The notes under the pieces are model-generated. The model worked only from the letters and a program-made list of their open reading frames with translations, was not told the DNA's origin and made no database searches. DNA of 64,000 bases, taken from Mobula hypostoma (lineage: Eukaryota). Of the stretch, positions 50,101 to 64,000 are shown piece by piece. The stretch is taken from contig NC_086097.1 in assembly GCF_963921235.1 (NCBI RefSeq), positions 129,458,001-129,522,000 of the forward strand. The letters run 5' to 3'. The translations under genes were made by a program, and so were the position numbers. How positions within the stretch are numbered: position 1 is the stretch's first letter; the number at the start of each line of letters is the position of its first letter.

Positions 50101-51611
50101 GTAAGTCCTTTATCATGGGCAGCACTGGTTTTGCCTGAAGCTATAGCTACCCTAAAGGTAAGTGCTTAGATGGCAGAGGGATTCTATCATCGAACTTCAT
50201 AATAACACAGGGTTTGCCACAGCTGTGGTATGACGCTTTGTGATGGAGCAGCTAGCATTTAGATGAAATAGTGTCCTTCTTTGGTTTGAAATTATCATGT
50301 CTATTAATTTAGACAGACACTGGGTGCTGTATTTTTTTACCATATAATAATTGCTGTGGTGATTGTGGTGGGGGGTGGCGGTTGATGTATGAAGAGTCCT
50401 TCCCCATGCCTACTGATATCTCTCAGATGTAGATAACACCTACAAGCTGCCGTGAATGAAATCTTGGCATTACAAAATGTTACTGCGTGCTTCAGAGTTT
50501 ATGATGCTGCTACAATTGTATGAATGCAGGAGATTTTTATAAATACCTGCCTGGATACAGGAATAATTGCTTCAGGAATTAAAAGAGAAAATGTAGAGAA
50601 GCTCCCACAGCATTTGAGAAAAGTAAAGACAATTTAACTCTTTGAAAGCCTGTTGTAAACTGGGGCTGAGTGAGTGATATTTAGTATTATTCTCATAGCT
50701 TGTGTTTCTTGAGGATCTTCATTCAGCTCAATTGAGAAGGTCTCTTGGAGATAATTTATCGGTGCCCATAGTTAGAGCGGATGTCCTAAAGTTATCCAGC
50801 ACAGATGGAGGCTATTCAGCCCATTGTGTAAATGCTGGCTTCCTGAAAGAGCTTTAGATTTCATTCTAATTATCTTTGCTGTTACTAATGTAATCTAATA
50901 TATCAGATTTTCATTTATGGTGTTAAAAGGGCTTCAATCCTGTACTGAACACACTTTGGCCCCAAAAAGGTGCCATAAGGAAGATAGTGGGGAATATAGA
51001 AGCAAGGCCAAAGTGTCAATCTGGGTCTGAAGTTGGCTCAGTGGCAGGAAGTAAAGGGTCCCAGTTGAGAGCTGTTTCTGGTGACTGGAGTTCTGTAGAG
51101 TCAATGGTCATTGACGAGGTTCGTATAATTTCCATTAATGGTTAAGAGGTTAATGGAGGAGAAGGACAAAGATATTTGCAGGAGATGGTTTGGGTGATTG
51201 GAAAAACGATTGCAAATTGAATATAATCCAAAGAAAATGAAAATGGGGATTTGAAAGAAGGCAAGAGAATACACAATAACTAGGAAGTTATTCATTATCG
51301 TGGGCGAACAAAGTGGCCTTGGAATCAAATAGCTGGTAGTTAATTGATAAATTGCTTTATTATTTTCACATGTATCAAGGTGTAGTGAAAAACCATACCT
51401 TGCATATCATGTCATGTATACAGATCATTTCATCACAAGAGAGGGTATGGAAGAGAGTTATGAGTGTTGCTGGGACGGTAAGATTATAGCTATCAGAAAA
51501 GACTGGATTAATTTCTCTGTAACAGAGAAGGCGAAGAGAAGAGTTCACTATGCATGAGGGGTCAATTTAAAGTTAAGTAGGAAGGAACTTAACAGAGGGG
51601 CCGCTTGATTA

Positions 51612-54238
51612 CAAACAGGAGAAAATCTGCAGATGCTGGAAATCCAAGCAATACACACAAAATGCTGGAGGAACTCCGCAGGCCAGGCAGCATCTATGGA
51701 AAAGAGTAGAGTCGATGTTTTGGGCCGTCAACCTTCATCAGGACTGGTGAAACAAAAGATGAGGAGTCAGAGTAAGAAGGTGGGGGGGGGGAGGGGAGGA
51801 AGAAACACAAAGTGATAGGTGAAACCAGGTTGGGGGGGAGGAAGGATGAAGTAAAAAAGCTGAGGAGTGGATTGGTGAAAGAGAAACAGGGTTGGAGAAG
51901 AGGGAATCTGATAGGAGAGGACAGAAGGCCACAGAAGAAAGAAAAGGGGGAGGAGAACCAGAGGGAGGTGATGGACAGGTTAGAAGATAAGGTGAGAGAG
52001 GGAAATGGGATGGGGGAAGGGGGGAGGCACTACCAGAAGTTCAAAAATTGATGTTCATGCCATCAGGTTGGAGGCTACCCACTGCTCTCTACTCTCTCCG
52101 CACTAACCCTCACCTCGTCATTAAACCCACAGATAAGAGGGGTGCGGTAGTAGTCCAGCGGACTGATCTCTACCTTGCTGAGGCCCGGCGACAACTGTCT
52201 GACACCTCCTCTTACTTCCCCTCTAACAGGACCCTGATAAGGAGCACCAGACAATCGTCTCCCACACCATCACTGACCTTATGAATAGTGGGGATCGCGC
52301 ATCCACTATCATCAACCTTATAGTTCCCTTATCCCACATCTCCCTTTTCTACCTCCTATCCAAGATCCACAAATCTGCCTGTCCAGGTAGAACCATTGCT
52401 TCCGCTTGTTCCTGCCCCTCTGAACTTATATCTGCGTACCTCAACTCCGTTTTATCTCCCCTGGTTTGGTCCCTTCCTACCTACCTCCATGACACTTCAC
52501 ATGCTCTTGATCTTTTCAATGATTTCAAGTTCCCTGACCCCAATCATCTCATTTTCACTATGGATCTCCAGTCCCTATGCACCTCCATCATCCACCAGGA
52601 AGGCCTCAAAGCTGTCTACCAGACCACCACTCTCCTTTGTCTAGCGGAATGCTCTCTCAATAATTTCTCCTTTGGCTTTTCCCACTTCCTTCAAACAAAA
52701 GGTGTAGCCATGGGCACTCACATGGACCCCAGCTATGCCTGCCTGTTTGTTGGTTATGTGGAACAGTCTGTGCTCCGAACCTACACTGGTGTCACTTACC
52801 AACTTTTCCTATGCCACATCAATAACTGCATTAGTACTGCTTCCTTCACCCATGTGGAGCTTGTCGACTTTGTCAACTTCACCTCCAGCTTCCACCCTGC
52901 ATTCAAATTTAGCTGATCCATTTCCAGCACCTCACTCCCCTTTCTTGGTCTCTCTGTCTCTATCTCTGGAGACAACTTATCTACTGGTGTCTATTATAAA
53001 CCTACTGACTCTCACAGCTACCTGGACTATACATCTTCCTACATTATTACATGTAAAAATGCCATCCCCTTCTCTCAATTCCTCAGCCTCCGTCGCATCT
53101 GCTCTCAGGATGAAGCTCTTCATTCCAGAGCTAAAGAGGTGTCCTCCTTCTTCAAAGAAAGGGGCTTCCTGCCTCCACCATCTTCGCTGTCCTCAACTAT
53201 ATCTCTTCTGTTTCGCTCACATCTGCCCTCACCCGTCCTCCCACCACCCTACCAGGGATAGGGTTCATCTTGTCCTCACCTACCACCCCACCAGCCTCCA
53301 TGTCAAACACATAATTCTCTGTAACTTCCAACATCTCCAACGGGATCCCACGATCAATCAAATCTTTCTGTCCCCGCCACTTTCCACAGGGATCACTCCC
53401 TACTTGACTCCTCGTCCATCCGTCCTTCCCCACTGATCTCCCTCTTGGCACTTATCCCTGCAAGCAGAACAAGTGCTACATCTTCCCGTACACCTCCTCC
53501 CTCACCACCATTCAGGGCCCCAAACGGTCCGTCCAGGTGAGGCAACACTTCACATGTGAGTCGGCTGGGGTGATATACTGTGTTCGGTGCTCCCAGTGTA
53601 GCAGTGAGACCCGGCATAGACTGGGAGACTGCATTGCTGAGCACCTACCCTCCACCCACTAGAAAATGCGGGATCTCCAGTAACCAGCCATTTTAATTCC
53701 ACTTCCCACTCCCATTCCGACATGTCAGTTCATGGCCTCCTCTACTGTCGCGATGAGGGCACACCCAGGTTGAAGGAGCAACACCCTATATATCATCTGG
53801 GTAGCCTCCAACCTGATGGCATGAACATCAATTTCTTGATCTTCCGGTAATGACCCCCCTCCTTCACCATTCCCCATTCCATTTCCCTTCCTCACCTCAT
53901 CTTCTTCCCTGCCCATCACCTCCCCCTGGTGCTCCTCCCCCTTTTCTTTCATCCATGTCATTTTGTCTTCTCCTGTCAGATTCCACAATCTCCAGCCTGT
54001 ATCTTTTTCACCAATCAACTTCCCAGCTCTTTATACCCCCCACCCCCCCCCCCCCGGTTTCACCTATCACCTTGTGTTTCTTCTTCCCCTCACCCTCTCC
54101 CATCTTTTTACTCTGACTCCTCATCTTTTCTTCTCCAGTCCTGATGAAGGGTTTTGGCCCGAACCGTCAACTGTTTACTCTTTCCAATGGATGCTGCCTG
54201 GCCTGCTGAGTTACTCCAGCATTTTGTGTATGTAGCTT
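51612..54238 (+). mobile_element. Penelope-like retroelement: inverted terminal copy, RT, GIY-YIG endonuclease, pseudo-LTR
   Basis: VIKPTDKRGAVVV, FYLLSKIHK, FTMDLQSL, QTKGVAMGT, YYKPTDSHSYL, FTCESAGVIYCVRCSQC, HFNSTSH, GSLQPDGMN; 51640-52080 is the reverse complement of ~53799-54238; inserted in a CR1 3' end. Confidence 0.92.
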
Positions 54239-56294
54239 GAGGTATAGTTTGAAAAGAATTGGTAAAAAGGAGGGAGGTAAGGAAAAATATTTTCACCCAG
54301 AGGTGTTCGTGGTTAGAACTCAATGTCTGAATCATTGGTGGAGGCAGAAATTCTCTGACCTTTAAAAGTTCCTCGGTAGTGTACAATGTACTCGATGTGA
54401 CCTGCAGGTCTACAGACCTAATGCAAAAATATTAGATCAAGTCACATCACATTACTTCAACTGGCATGGATATGATGGGCCCAATGGCCTCCATCTTTAT
54501 CTGATTTCATAGTTGCTGCCACCTGATCTCCCTTTCATCCACTGCCAAGAAGCAACACTTATTATCCATCCTTTATTTCTCTTGAACAGGCTGGGACTGG
54601 AGTCATACATAGCCCAAGGCCAGGATGGCAGATTTCCTTCCTTGAAGCACTTGGATGCAACAGAAGTTCTCCAATGGCAATACAGTCTTTTCATGGTTGC
54701 AATTGCTAGCTTTTTAATTCATATTTATTTAATTAGCTCATTTTAAATTCTTCAACTGTCATGGTGGGATTTGAACTTACAACTCTTAGACAACAGCTCT
54801 ATTGATGACAAAGTCTGGCCTTGCTAGTATGCAAGATAGTCTGCTGATGGTTATGTGAATAGTGGCTACCTTGCTTGTTATACTGTTAGAGAACCATACA
54901 CTACATAATCAGGCCCTTCTGTCCATATTGTCAATGCCAACCATCTATACTAATCCCATCTAACTTTCTCAGCCAATAGATAAATTGTCTGCTGTAAAGT
55001 TAAATTGGTATTTTCATAAATTAGTTTATTACTGTCACATGTACAGAGGTATTGATAAATTGGTTTAATATTGTCACATTCAAAAACTTGTCTTGCATAC
55101 TGCCATACATATCAGTTCATTACAACAATATATTGAGGCAATAGTAAGTGGAACGGTAACAGAGTTCAGAATAAAGTGTCACAGTACAGGGATTGTGCAG
55201 CACAGGCAGACAATAAGGTGCAAAGTCACAAAGCAGATTGTTAAGGAGTCATAGGGTTATACAGCACAGAAATAGACCCTTCGGCCTACATGTTCATGCC
55301 ATCCTTTTTGTCCACTAATCCCATTTATACTAATCCTATTGTCCACATTAGAATATTCTATGCTTTGCCTCTATAACAATTCTATACCTCGTTATCATAT
55401 CTGATTCCAACACCTCCTCTGGCAGTACATTCTAGATATCGGTCACTCTGTGGAAACTTTCCTTTCAGAACCCCCTTAAATCTCCTTCTGCTCACCTTAA
55501 GTCTATACTATCTCCTTCATGATGGCAATATCATGGGAAAATCATTCTGGCAAACTGACCTATCTATGCCTCTCATAATCTTATGTATTTCTATAAGATT
55601 ATATAGCTTGTTTTGCTTCAAGGAAGACAAGCTCAGCCTATTCATACTATAGAAAGGATAGGTTTATGCTGGAGAGAGTACAGCGGTTCACCAGAATGTT
55701 GCCAGGAATGGAGGACTTCAGTGATGGAGAAACATTGGATGGGCTGAGCTTGTTTTCCATGGAGCAAAGGAGACTGCTCTACCATTTCTACAATGAGGCA
55801 CAATCAATTCAACTCTTCTGCCAGTGGCTTTCCCTCCACATCTTGCATTCTAACATCTCCATAACACGTTGTTTCCAGCTCTGGTTTCAGCCTTCCCAGT
55901 TCAATCCTAGCTGCAATCTTAGGTATGTGCAATCTATTCACACCTGTCCCAATGGTATTCCTTCATATATTCTTTTATCTGCTCAAATCATCCCTTTACC
56001 TCCACTAATGCTGCTTAATTTGCCAAGTTCTTCCATCCATTTTCATTTTGCTCTGGATTTCTGCATTTGCACTCTCTTGTGTCTCACAGCCTAGGGGTTA
56101 TGATTCTAGGCTAACAACTCAAAGGTCAGGAATTCAAGACAAGCTAATTTTATTTACCAATAGGATGTAGATATCTCTGGCATGGCCAAAAGTTATTGTT
56201 CCGTGCCCCCGCGCCCCCCCCGCGCGAAAAGTTTGCTTCTTGAAATACTCTAGTTCTTGTGGTGAAAGTGCTCCCATTGTTGGTGCTAAGTTCT

Positions 56295-56620
56295 AGGAGA
56301 CACAGGAAATGCTGGAATCTGGAGCAAGAAACAAGCTGTTGGAGGAATCAGAGTCAGGCAGCATCCGTGGAGGAAAATGAACCATCAGTGCTTCAAGTGA
56401 GGTCCTTCATCTAGACTGGATGAATAGAGGGGAGATGAAGAGGTGAGGAGGAGGAGCGGGGCAAGACTGGAAAGCGAATGGTGGATTCAGATGAGGAAGG
56501 TTAGGGAGATGGAGTCAAGAGGGGGAGGGAAGGGTGAAGATAGCTTCAGAAGTTGGCAAGTGGTAAGTGAAGGCAACTAAGGAATTATGGAATCGACCAA
56601 GAAAGGAATGTGAAGAACCA
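56295..56620 (-). mobile_element. Older Penelope-like terminal repeat
   Basis: ATGCTGGAATCTGGAGCAA...GTCAGGCAGCATC followed by a purine-rich tract as at 51640-52020. Confidence 0.65.
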
Positions 56621-56689
56621 AATAAGAATGTGGTTTGTCTCTGAGGCATGGGATGTTGTAGCAATAACAGATACATAGTTGAGAGAAGG

Positions 56690-59600
56690 GCAGCATTGCC
56701 TTATGAGGATAAGTTGAGCGAGTTAGAGCTTTCTTCTTAGGAGCGAAGGAGGTAGAGCGGCGATTGATGGAGGTGTACAAGATTATAAGTCATAGATCAA
56801 GTGGATGTCTGGGGACTTTTTGCCAGGGCAGAAATGGTTAATGTGAGGGGACATAATTAAGGTGATTGGAGGAAAGTACAGAGAGAATGTTAGAGATGAG
56901 CTTGTTAACACAGAGAGTCATGGAATGCCCTGCCAGGAGTGGTTGTAGAGGCAGATACATTGGGGGTATTTAAGAAGCTCTTCGATAGATGTATGGATGA
57001 TAGAAAAATAGAGGGCTAGTAAGAGGAACAGGTTAGCTTGATGTTAGAGAAGATTAAAAGGTTGGCTCACTATCATGGGCCAAAGGGCCTGGACTGTGCT
57101 GTGGTGCTGTATGTTCTATGTTCAACATCACCTCAGTATTCCAGGGTACAGGTGCTACAGGCATGACAGATGTACAGGGAAGAAGGAGGGAGTATAGCCT
57201 TTTTGATAAGGGAGGGTGTAACAGCAGATATGTTTGGAGGTCTTCCAGTCAGGCCGTATGGGTAGAACCTAGAAGCAAGAAGGGGAGGGTCATTCTAGTG
57301 AGGCTGTATTATAGATGCCCCAAAAGTGAGCGAAAACTTGAGCAGCAAATGTGGAGAGAAATTACTCATAGTTGAAGAATTACGGGGCTGTATTAAGTGG
57401 GAGATTTTAATTTCCCCTGTATTGACCAGCACACCCAAGCTGTTAAGGGCCTTGAAATATATCCAGCAAAGTTTCCTGACTCAGTACAGAGGAACCATTT
57501 CAGGAGGGTGCAATATTGGAGTTCCTCTTAAGAAACAAGACAGGACAAATAACTGAAGTGGAAATAGGGGTCCCTTTGTCTCCAATGACCATAGTACTAT
57601 ATTATGTGATGGAAAAGAATAGCACTGGCCCACAGGAGAGGATGCCAGGGTTAATTTTGGGGGAATTTGACAAGATCAAGCTGAGGTTAATTAGGTGAGT
57701 CTGTCTGAAGGGAAAGGAATGAACAGCAAGTGGGAGGCCTTTAAGAATGTGATAACAAGTGTCCAGAAGCAGCATGTTCCTGCTGGGGTGAAAATTAAAC
57801 CTTGCAAGTCCAAGGAACATTGGCAGATAAGAGATATTAAGGTTCTGATCAAGAAAAAAGAAGGAAGCATACATTGGGTTTAGGAGATTGGACTGAGCAA
57901 ATCCCTTGATGACTATAAAAATAAATTACTCTTCAAAGGGAAATTGGGAAGGCAAGGAGTGGTATGAGATGGAAATGGCAGGAAATGTTAAGGAAATTCC
58001 CAAGATGTTCTAAGCTATAATAAGAGTAACAGGGTGGTTAGAGAGGGAGTTGGTCCCCTTGGAGTTCAGCAGGGCTGTCCATGCCTTGAGCCACAGGAGA
58101 TGGCTGGAATTTTTAACAAATATTTCTCCTTGGTGCTTACTGAGGAAAACATAATGGTTACTAAAGAAATAAGAGAAACAAGTTGAGATGCTTTGGAGGA
58201 CATTTGTATTACCAGAAGGAGGTAATTTCAGTCTTACACTACATTAAAATGGATAAATACAAAATGACAAAATGCATCCTCAGACTTTGTAGGAGGTAAG
58301 AAAGGAAATTGCAAAGGCCCTTGTGGAGATATTTGCTTCATTTTTAACCACTGGTGATGTTCCCAAGGTGGCTAGTTATATTCCATTGTCTAAAAATGGT
58401 AGCAAAGACAAGCCAAGTAACTACAGGCTAGTCAGCATGACATCACTAGTGGGGAAGTTATGGAGGAAATTTTAAAGGACAGGATTTACCAGCATTTAGG
58501 TAGAAATATCTTGATTAGGAGGAGTCTGCATGGCTTTGTGCATGGGAAGTCATGTTTATCAAGCCTTTTAAAGTTTTTGAAGAGGTAACCAAAAAGGTAG
58601 ATGAGGTAGGGCAGTGTATGTTATGTATCTGGAATTTAGCAAGGCCTTTTACAAGGTCCAACGTGATAGGGTGGTCTGGAAGTTTAGATCCCATGTAATC
58701 CAGGGAGAGCTAGTAAGGTGGATTCAAAACCAGCTCAGGGGGAGGAAACCAGCTCAGAATGGAGGCTGGTGCTAAACCCTTGCTTTACATTATGTCTAGG
58801 AATGACTTGGGAGGAAATGTATGAGGCCTGATCAGCAAGTTTGTGAATGGCCCAAAATTAGGACATGTTGTTGAGAGTGAAGAAGTTTATCAAGGAGTGG
58901 CAAAGAGATTTTAATACAGATAACTGTGAGGTGATGCATTTTGCAAAGTCAATCCAGTGTAGGACTAATACTATGAATGGTAGGGCACAAGAGACTGTAA
59001 TGGAATAGAGGGACCTAGGAGTACAAATCAATAGTTCATTGAAAGCAGCGTCACAGGTAGGCAGGGTGGTGAGCACGCAGGACTTCATCATTCAGCATAC
59101 TAAGTATGGGAGTTGGGACATAATGTTGCCGTTATATATGTTGCAAAAGTGAAGCCACCCTTCAAGTACTGCACGGTATATCGTTTTGGATACGCTATTT
59201 TAGAAAAGACATGGTTAAACAGGAAAGAAAGCAGAACAAATTTGTGAAGATATGCCATGACTAAAGGCATGAGTTACAGGGAGAGTTTGGCCAGGGTAGG
59301 TCTTTATTCCTTATAAAACCTCAGCATTACATCCTTGCTTTTATTTTCCATTTAAAATCTAGGATGTAAAACCAAGGCTTTATAAGGCAGTGCTCAGACA
59401 ACATTTGGAGTATTGTGAGCAGTTTTGGGCCCCATTTCTAAGGAAGGATGAAGAAGGTCCAGAGGAGGTTTACAAGAATCATTCCGGAATGAAAGGGCTA
59501 ATGTTTGAGAAGCTTTTAGTGGCTCTGGGCCTGTATTCGCTGGAGTTTCGTAGAATGAGGTGGATTTCATTGAAACCTACCAAATATTAAAAAGCCGAGA

Positions 59601-59930
59601 TAGAGTGGATGTGCAGTGGATATTACAAATTGTGGGACAGTCTAGAACCAAAGGGCACAGACTCAGAGTGAAAGGGTGTCCCTTTGGAACAGAGATGAGG
59701 AGGAATTTCTTTATCAGAGGGTAGTGAATCTATCGAATTTAATGCCACAGACAGCTATAGAAGCCAAGGTTAATAGGTTCTTGATTAGTAAAGGGTGTCA
59801 ATGGTTATGGGGAGAAGGCAGAAGAATTAGGTTGAGAGGGAAAATAAAAATATATCAGTCATGATTGAAAGGAAGAGCGGAGTAGTTGGGTCAAATGACT
59901 TAATTCTGCTCCTATGCTTTATGGTTTTAT
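56690..59930 (+). mobile_element. Cluster of decayed CR1 LINEs (3' end 56690-57120; EN-RT 57140-59310; 3' part 59355-59930)
   Basis: VWVEPRSKKG...YYRCP, NYRLVSMTS, HGFVHGKSCL, YLEFSKAF, LEYCEQFW. Confidence 0.8.
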
Positions 59931-59954
59931 AGACCTATAAGTGCCTTGCACATA

Positions 59955-60473
59955 TATTCAGTGGCCATTTTATTAGGTACAGAAGTGGAACCCAGAGTGG
60001 GCTTCTGCTGCTGTCACCCATCCACTTCAAGGTTCAACATGTTGTGCATTCAAGATGTTCTTCTGCACACCACAGTCGTAACGTGTGGTTATTTGAGTAA
60101 CTTCCTGTCAGCTTGAACTAGTCTGGTTATTCTCCTCTGATCTCCCTCATTACCGAGTAGCTTTCACCCACAGAACTGCCACTCACTGGATTTTTTTTTT
60201 GTTTTTCACACCATTCGCTGTAAACTCTGGAGACCGTTGTTTGCGAAGATCCCAGGAGATGAGCAGTTTCTGAGATACTCAAACTATCCCATCAGGTACC
60301 AACAATCATTCCATGGCCAAAGTCACTTAGATTCCTATTCTGATGTTTGGTCTGAACAACAACAGACTCTCTTGACTGTGTCTGCATGCTTTTATGCATT
60401 GAGTTGCTGCCGCCTGATTGGCTGATTAGATATTTGCTTTAATGAGCAGGTGTACCTAATAAAATGGCCACTG
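59955..60473 (-). mobile_element. Tc1-type MITE (third copy)
   Basis: TIRs CAGTGGCCATTTTATTAGGTACA / TGTACCTAATAAAATGGCCACTG. Confidence 0.85.
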
Positions 60474-60829
60474 TTTGTGAGACTGGTGAGATGGGTGTGG
60501 ATTTGCCGGATGGTAAGGGGCTGCAGGCATCTACTGCTGAGCGGTAACAGGACATTTCCTAGTCTCTCCTCTTCCCCAAGCCTGGGTCTGCAACATTCAA
60601 GGTCTGGGTCAAACCCAGCAGAGCTGAGAACACTGAGCAGACTCACTTACCCATTGTCAGTGAGGCTGCACTTCCTGTGTCTACTTGCTCTACCATCACA
60701 ACTACTTGTGTGATCCACTCCCACCCATTGTACTTGTTCGTTTCCAACTTACGAGCAGATCTTGTGAATGGAACCCTATGGACTTCATGCAGATGAAATT
60801 CAATGAACTATAAAGAAAATTATTGTTTC

Positions 60830-61480
60830 AAAGTCAGGATCGTTTGTTGTCATATGCACGCATACAGGTACAATGAAAAATTTACTTGCAACAGCATCAC
60901 ACACATGACATCATATAAGCAGCATCCACAAGAAAAACATAAATTATACATAATTTATATACATTTTTTACAAGAAAGAACACAATTTGGACAAAAAATG
61001 TAAGTCCTTGGCAACGCGGAGAAGTTAAAGTGCTGCGATACTGAGGTAGTGATTAAGACTGATCAGTTCAGTTCAAGGATGAAATGGTTGAGGACAAGTA
61101 ACTGTTCTTGAACCTGATGGTGAGGGACTTCAGCTTCTGTGCTTCCTTCCCAATGGAAGATGGTGAGAAGATAGCATGCCTTGGGTGGTGAGGATCATTG
61201 ATGTTAGATGTTGCCTTCTTGAGGCACCCCATGAAGATGCTTTTGATGGTAGGGAGAGTTGTGTCCATGATGTATTGGACTAAGTCCATTACTCCTTGCA
61301 GCTTCTTACATTCTTTCACATCTGAATTGCCACACCAGACCATGATGCAACCAGTCAGGACATTTTCAACAGTATATCTGTGGAAGTTTGTTTCGAGTAT
61401 TCAATGACATGCCGAACCTCCTTAAACTACTAAGGAAGTAGAGACGCTGTTACACCATCCTTGTGGTTGCATGTTTGTGC
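60830..61480 (-). mobile_element. Rex1/Babar LINE 3' fragment
   Basis: KKLQGVMDLVQYIMDTTLPTI...CLKKATSNINDPHHP. Confidence 0.72.
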
Positions 61481-62689
61481 TGGTGGGAGTGCTCAGAGGT
61501 GAGAAGGAAGGAGGTAAAAGGGTTATGGTTGGAGAGAGGGTGAATAGAGGCAAGAGGAGTGGTAGAGGAGTGAACCCAGCCTTTGTAACATTGCAAGGGG
61601 TATGAGAAAGGGGAAGTTGTATCTTATGGTGGAGGAATCTGAAATTATGGTGAATGATTCACTGGATGTGGAGGCTAGTGGACCACCAGAGGAAAAGGGG
61701 ACCTTTTGCTATTTCGAGGCAGCAGGAGCGGGATTAAGAGCTGACTTGTCCTCTGGGCAGTTGGAAAAGTGAAAGTAAGGGAAACATTCTTAAATATGCA
61801 TGTAAGTTTGTCTGAATTTTCTGCAAGATTGCTGTTTTCTTATCCATATAATTTAGTTTTGGCAAGGAAAAAATATGATCTGTCTGCAGTCATAGTTCCA
61901 GGGAAAGGCGTATAACCTTGCATCAAAATGTGCTGAATGAAATCCCATAGTCATTTGTAGCCAGTGGGAGTGTAGGCCCATGAGTTAGGCCAAAGCGCTG
62001 TCAACCACCTCCAACCTCTGACCTATGAACCAACTCTTCATTGCAAGAATGTGAGTTAGAAAACTCATCCTCAAATTCTTCTATCAACACCATCTTGAAG
62101 AAATGATAAAAGTTGCACAAAATCAATCTGCTACATAACCCATGATATAATGGTTGTGGGAGAGATTACGAGAAAGAAAGATTCATGCAAATAAGAAAAG
62201 GAACAATCCATTGCTATCAATGTTCATGAGGGTTGGGTAAAGAAAACCCATTTAAAGCAAAACATTGAGAAACCTGATTAATCTTGAGTCATGTTTCATT
62301 TTGTTATTCATTATTGACACACAATGAAAGTTAAGCAGGACTGATGGGAGTTTGGGCAAAGGTGATATAATTGTCAAACTGGAGTCCAGGGTTCACTTAC
62401 ATTGTCATCGTAAAGTGGAGGAGAGGATCTCCTGTCTGTTGGAAAAGCAGCTCTGTATTTAATCTATTACAAAAGAGGAGCTTTTCTACAACTGGTGAAA
62501 CAAAAAAAAACTGCAAGGCTGAAAACCCAAAGTAATGCTGAAGTACTCAGCAGGCCAGGCAGCATATGTGGAAAAAAAACACTTCAAACTGACAATCTTT
62601 CATCAGAATTGTTTTTTCATCTCTCCAGATGCTAAGTATCTCCATTATTTACCTGCACTTTTACCTGTTGTTAGTGCTCCAAAATCAGT

Positions 62690-63490
62690 ATATATGCACA
62701 CCAACACTCTCTGTAGCTCCCTCTACTACACACACTGTCTAATCCACACTCACATGCACAGAAGTACAAATTGTCTCTCTTTCTTTCACACACACACACA
62801 CAAACACTCTTTCAAACAAACACGTACACAGACATGCAATCTCGTCCACACACACACCCACACCCACAGAGTCTCATATACATTCACACGCTCTCTCTGT
62901 CTCATTCATATTTACATACATACAAACACACACTCCCATCACAAGGTGGGTAGATGGAGCTCATCAGACTGGGAAGGCAGTCCATCTAAGAGAGGGAAAA
63001 CTCCGATTTCAAACCTCCGCTGCCTTGCAGCCATACCCACTCATGGGAAAGGCTTTGGGAGTAAACCCTGAGGACAAATTCGGAGCTGGAGTCCCTAAGG
63101 CAGTCCGACGTGGCCTTCAACCTCGTTCTGGCAACTCCTGCGACTACACTGGTGCCAAGCTGTATCGGCCTTTGCCCTTCCCTTGGACAAGATCGGTGTC
63201 GTGGAGAGGGGAGACTTGCTGCATGGGCAACTGCCAGTCTTCCATACAACCTTGCCCAGGCCTGCACCCTGGAGAATCCAGGCACGGATCCATGGTCTCG
63301 AGAGGCTAACAGATGCCACCACACACACACTCATTCACACTCATACACGCACTCAGTCTCATACACACACATAAGCACAAACCCTCGTATTGTCTCATAT
63401 ACACCCATAGAGATTCATATGCACACACAAACACACGCATTCTCTTTCCTACTATCTCATGCACACACTGTCTGTTTCATATACACTTAA
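62690..63490 (+). repeat. Degenerate CA-rich low-complexity tract split by an insertion
   Basis: (CA)n/CT-rich sequence at 62690-62945 and 63320-63490. Confidence 0.85.
62948..63320 (+). mobile_element. Second copy of the short non-coding retroelement at 39429-39819
   Basis: Near end-to-end reverse-complement match, with a small deletion near the 3' end. Confidence 0.85.
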
Positions 63491-64000
63491 ACGCAGTCAC
63501 AGCTTGCTTCTAATATGTTATTCTAGTGTGCTAATAATGATCCACAAAGTCTGACAACAGGTCATCTTTCCACACAGGTAACCAAAATCTTGCTTAAAGA
63601 AGGTAGATTTGGGGGATTGTCTTTAAAGAGAGGAAGAGAGTTTTAGAACCAGGGAGTTTTAGGAAGAGAATTCTGGAGCTTTGGGTCTGGGCTCCTGAAG
63701 ACATAGTTGTCAAAGGTGAAGTGATTAAAATCAGAAAAGTAAAAGAAATGAGACATGAAGGACAAGGGGTTCACAGAGGACTTCGGATCTAAGTCCTCCT
63801 GGCTTTAATTCGTATGTCCTTATACAAGAACACTAACTCAGGAGGGCAACATTCTTCAAAAGTCTGTTCTGCCATTCAATGTGACTCTGCCTTATGTGTA
63901 TCCTTAACTCCATCCTCCAATCTTGGCTCCATTTCCAGCAATACCCTTGAGCAAAGAGTTCTATTTCAGAGCTCAGATGACATTTATGAATCACACAAGC

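Noticed and set aside
62535..63490. His/Thr-rich ORFs
   Set aside because: Translation of CA-rich low-complexity sequence

Overview
Repeat-dense vertebrate intronic or intergenic DNA. The repeat inventory (many CR1 and Rex1/Babar LINEs, V-SINE-type SINEs, Penelope termini, Tc1, Gypsy) suggests a cartilaginous fish, probably a ray; this is inference. Most of the window is decayed, often nested transposable elements: two Gypsy LTR elements of one family, a Tc1 transposon plus three Tc1-type MITEs, many CR1/Rex1/RTE/L1/L2 fragments, and a Penelope-like element (PLE) with RT, GIY-YIG and an inverted terminal repeat. No host gene is recognisable, only a few candidate isolated exons. The most interesting signals are RNA-level: minimal hammerhead ribozyme motifs in the dispersed PLE termini, an HDV-like ribozyme fold at the 5' end of a non-coding TSD-flanked retroelement (12.2 kb), and a short non-coding retroelement family with a fixed, structured 5' end (39.4 and 62.9 kb). 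Family assignments come from motif recognition, not database searches. Boundaries are approximate unless a target-site duplication (TSD) is given.
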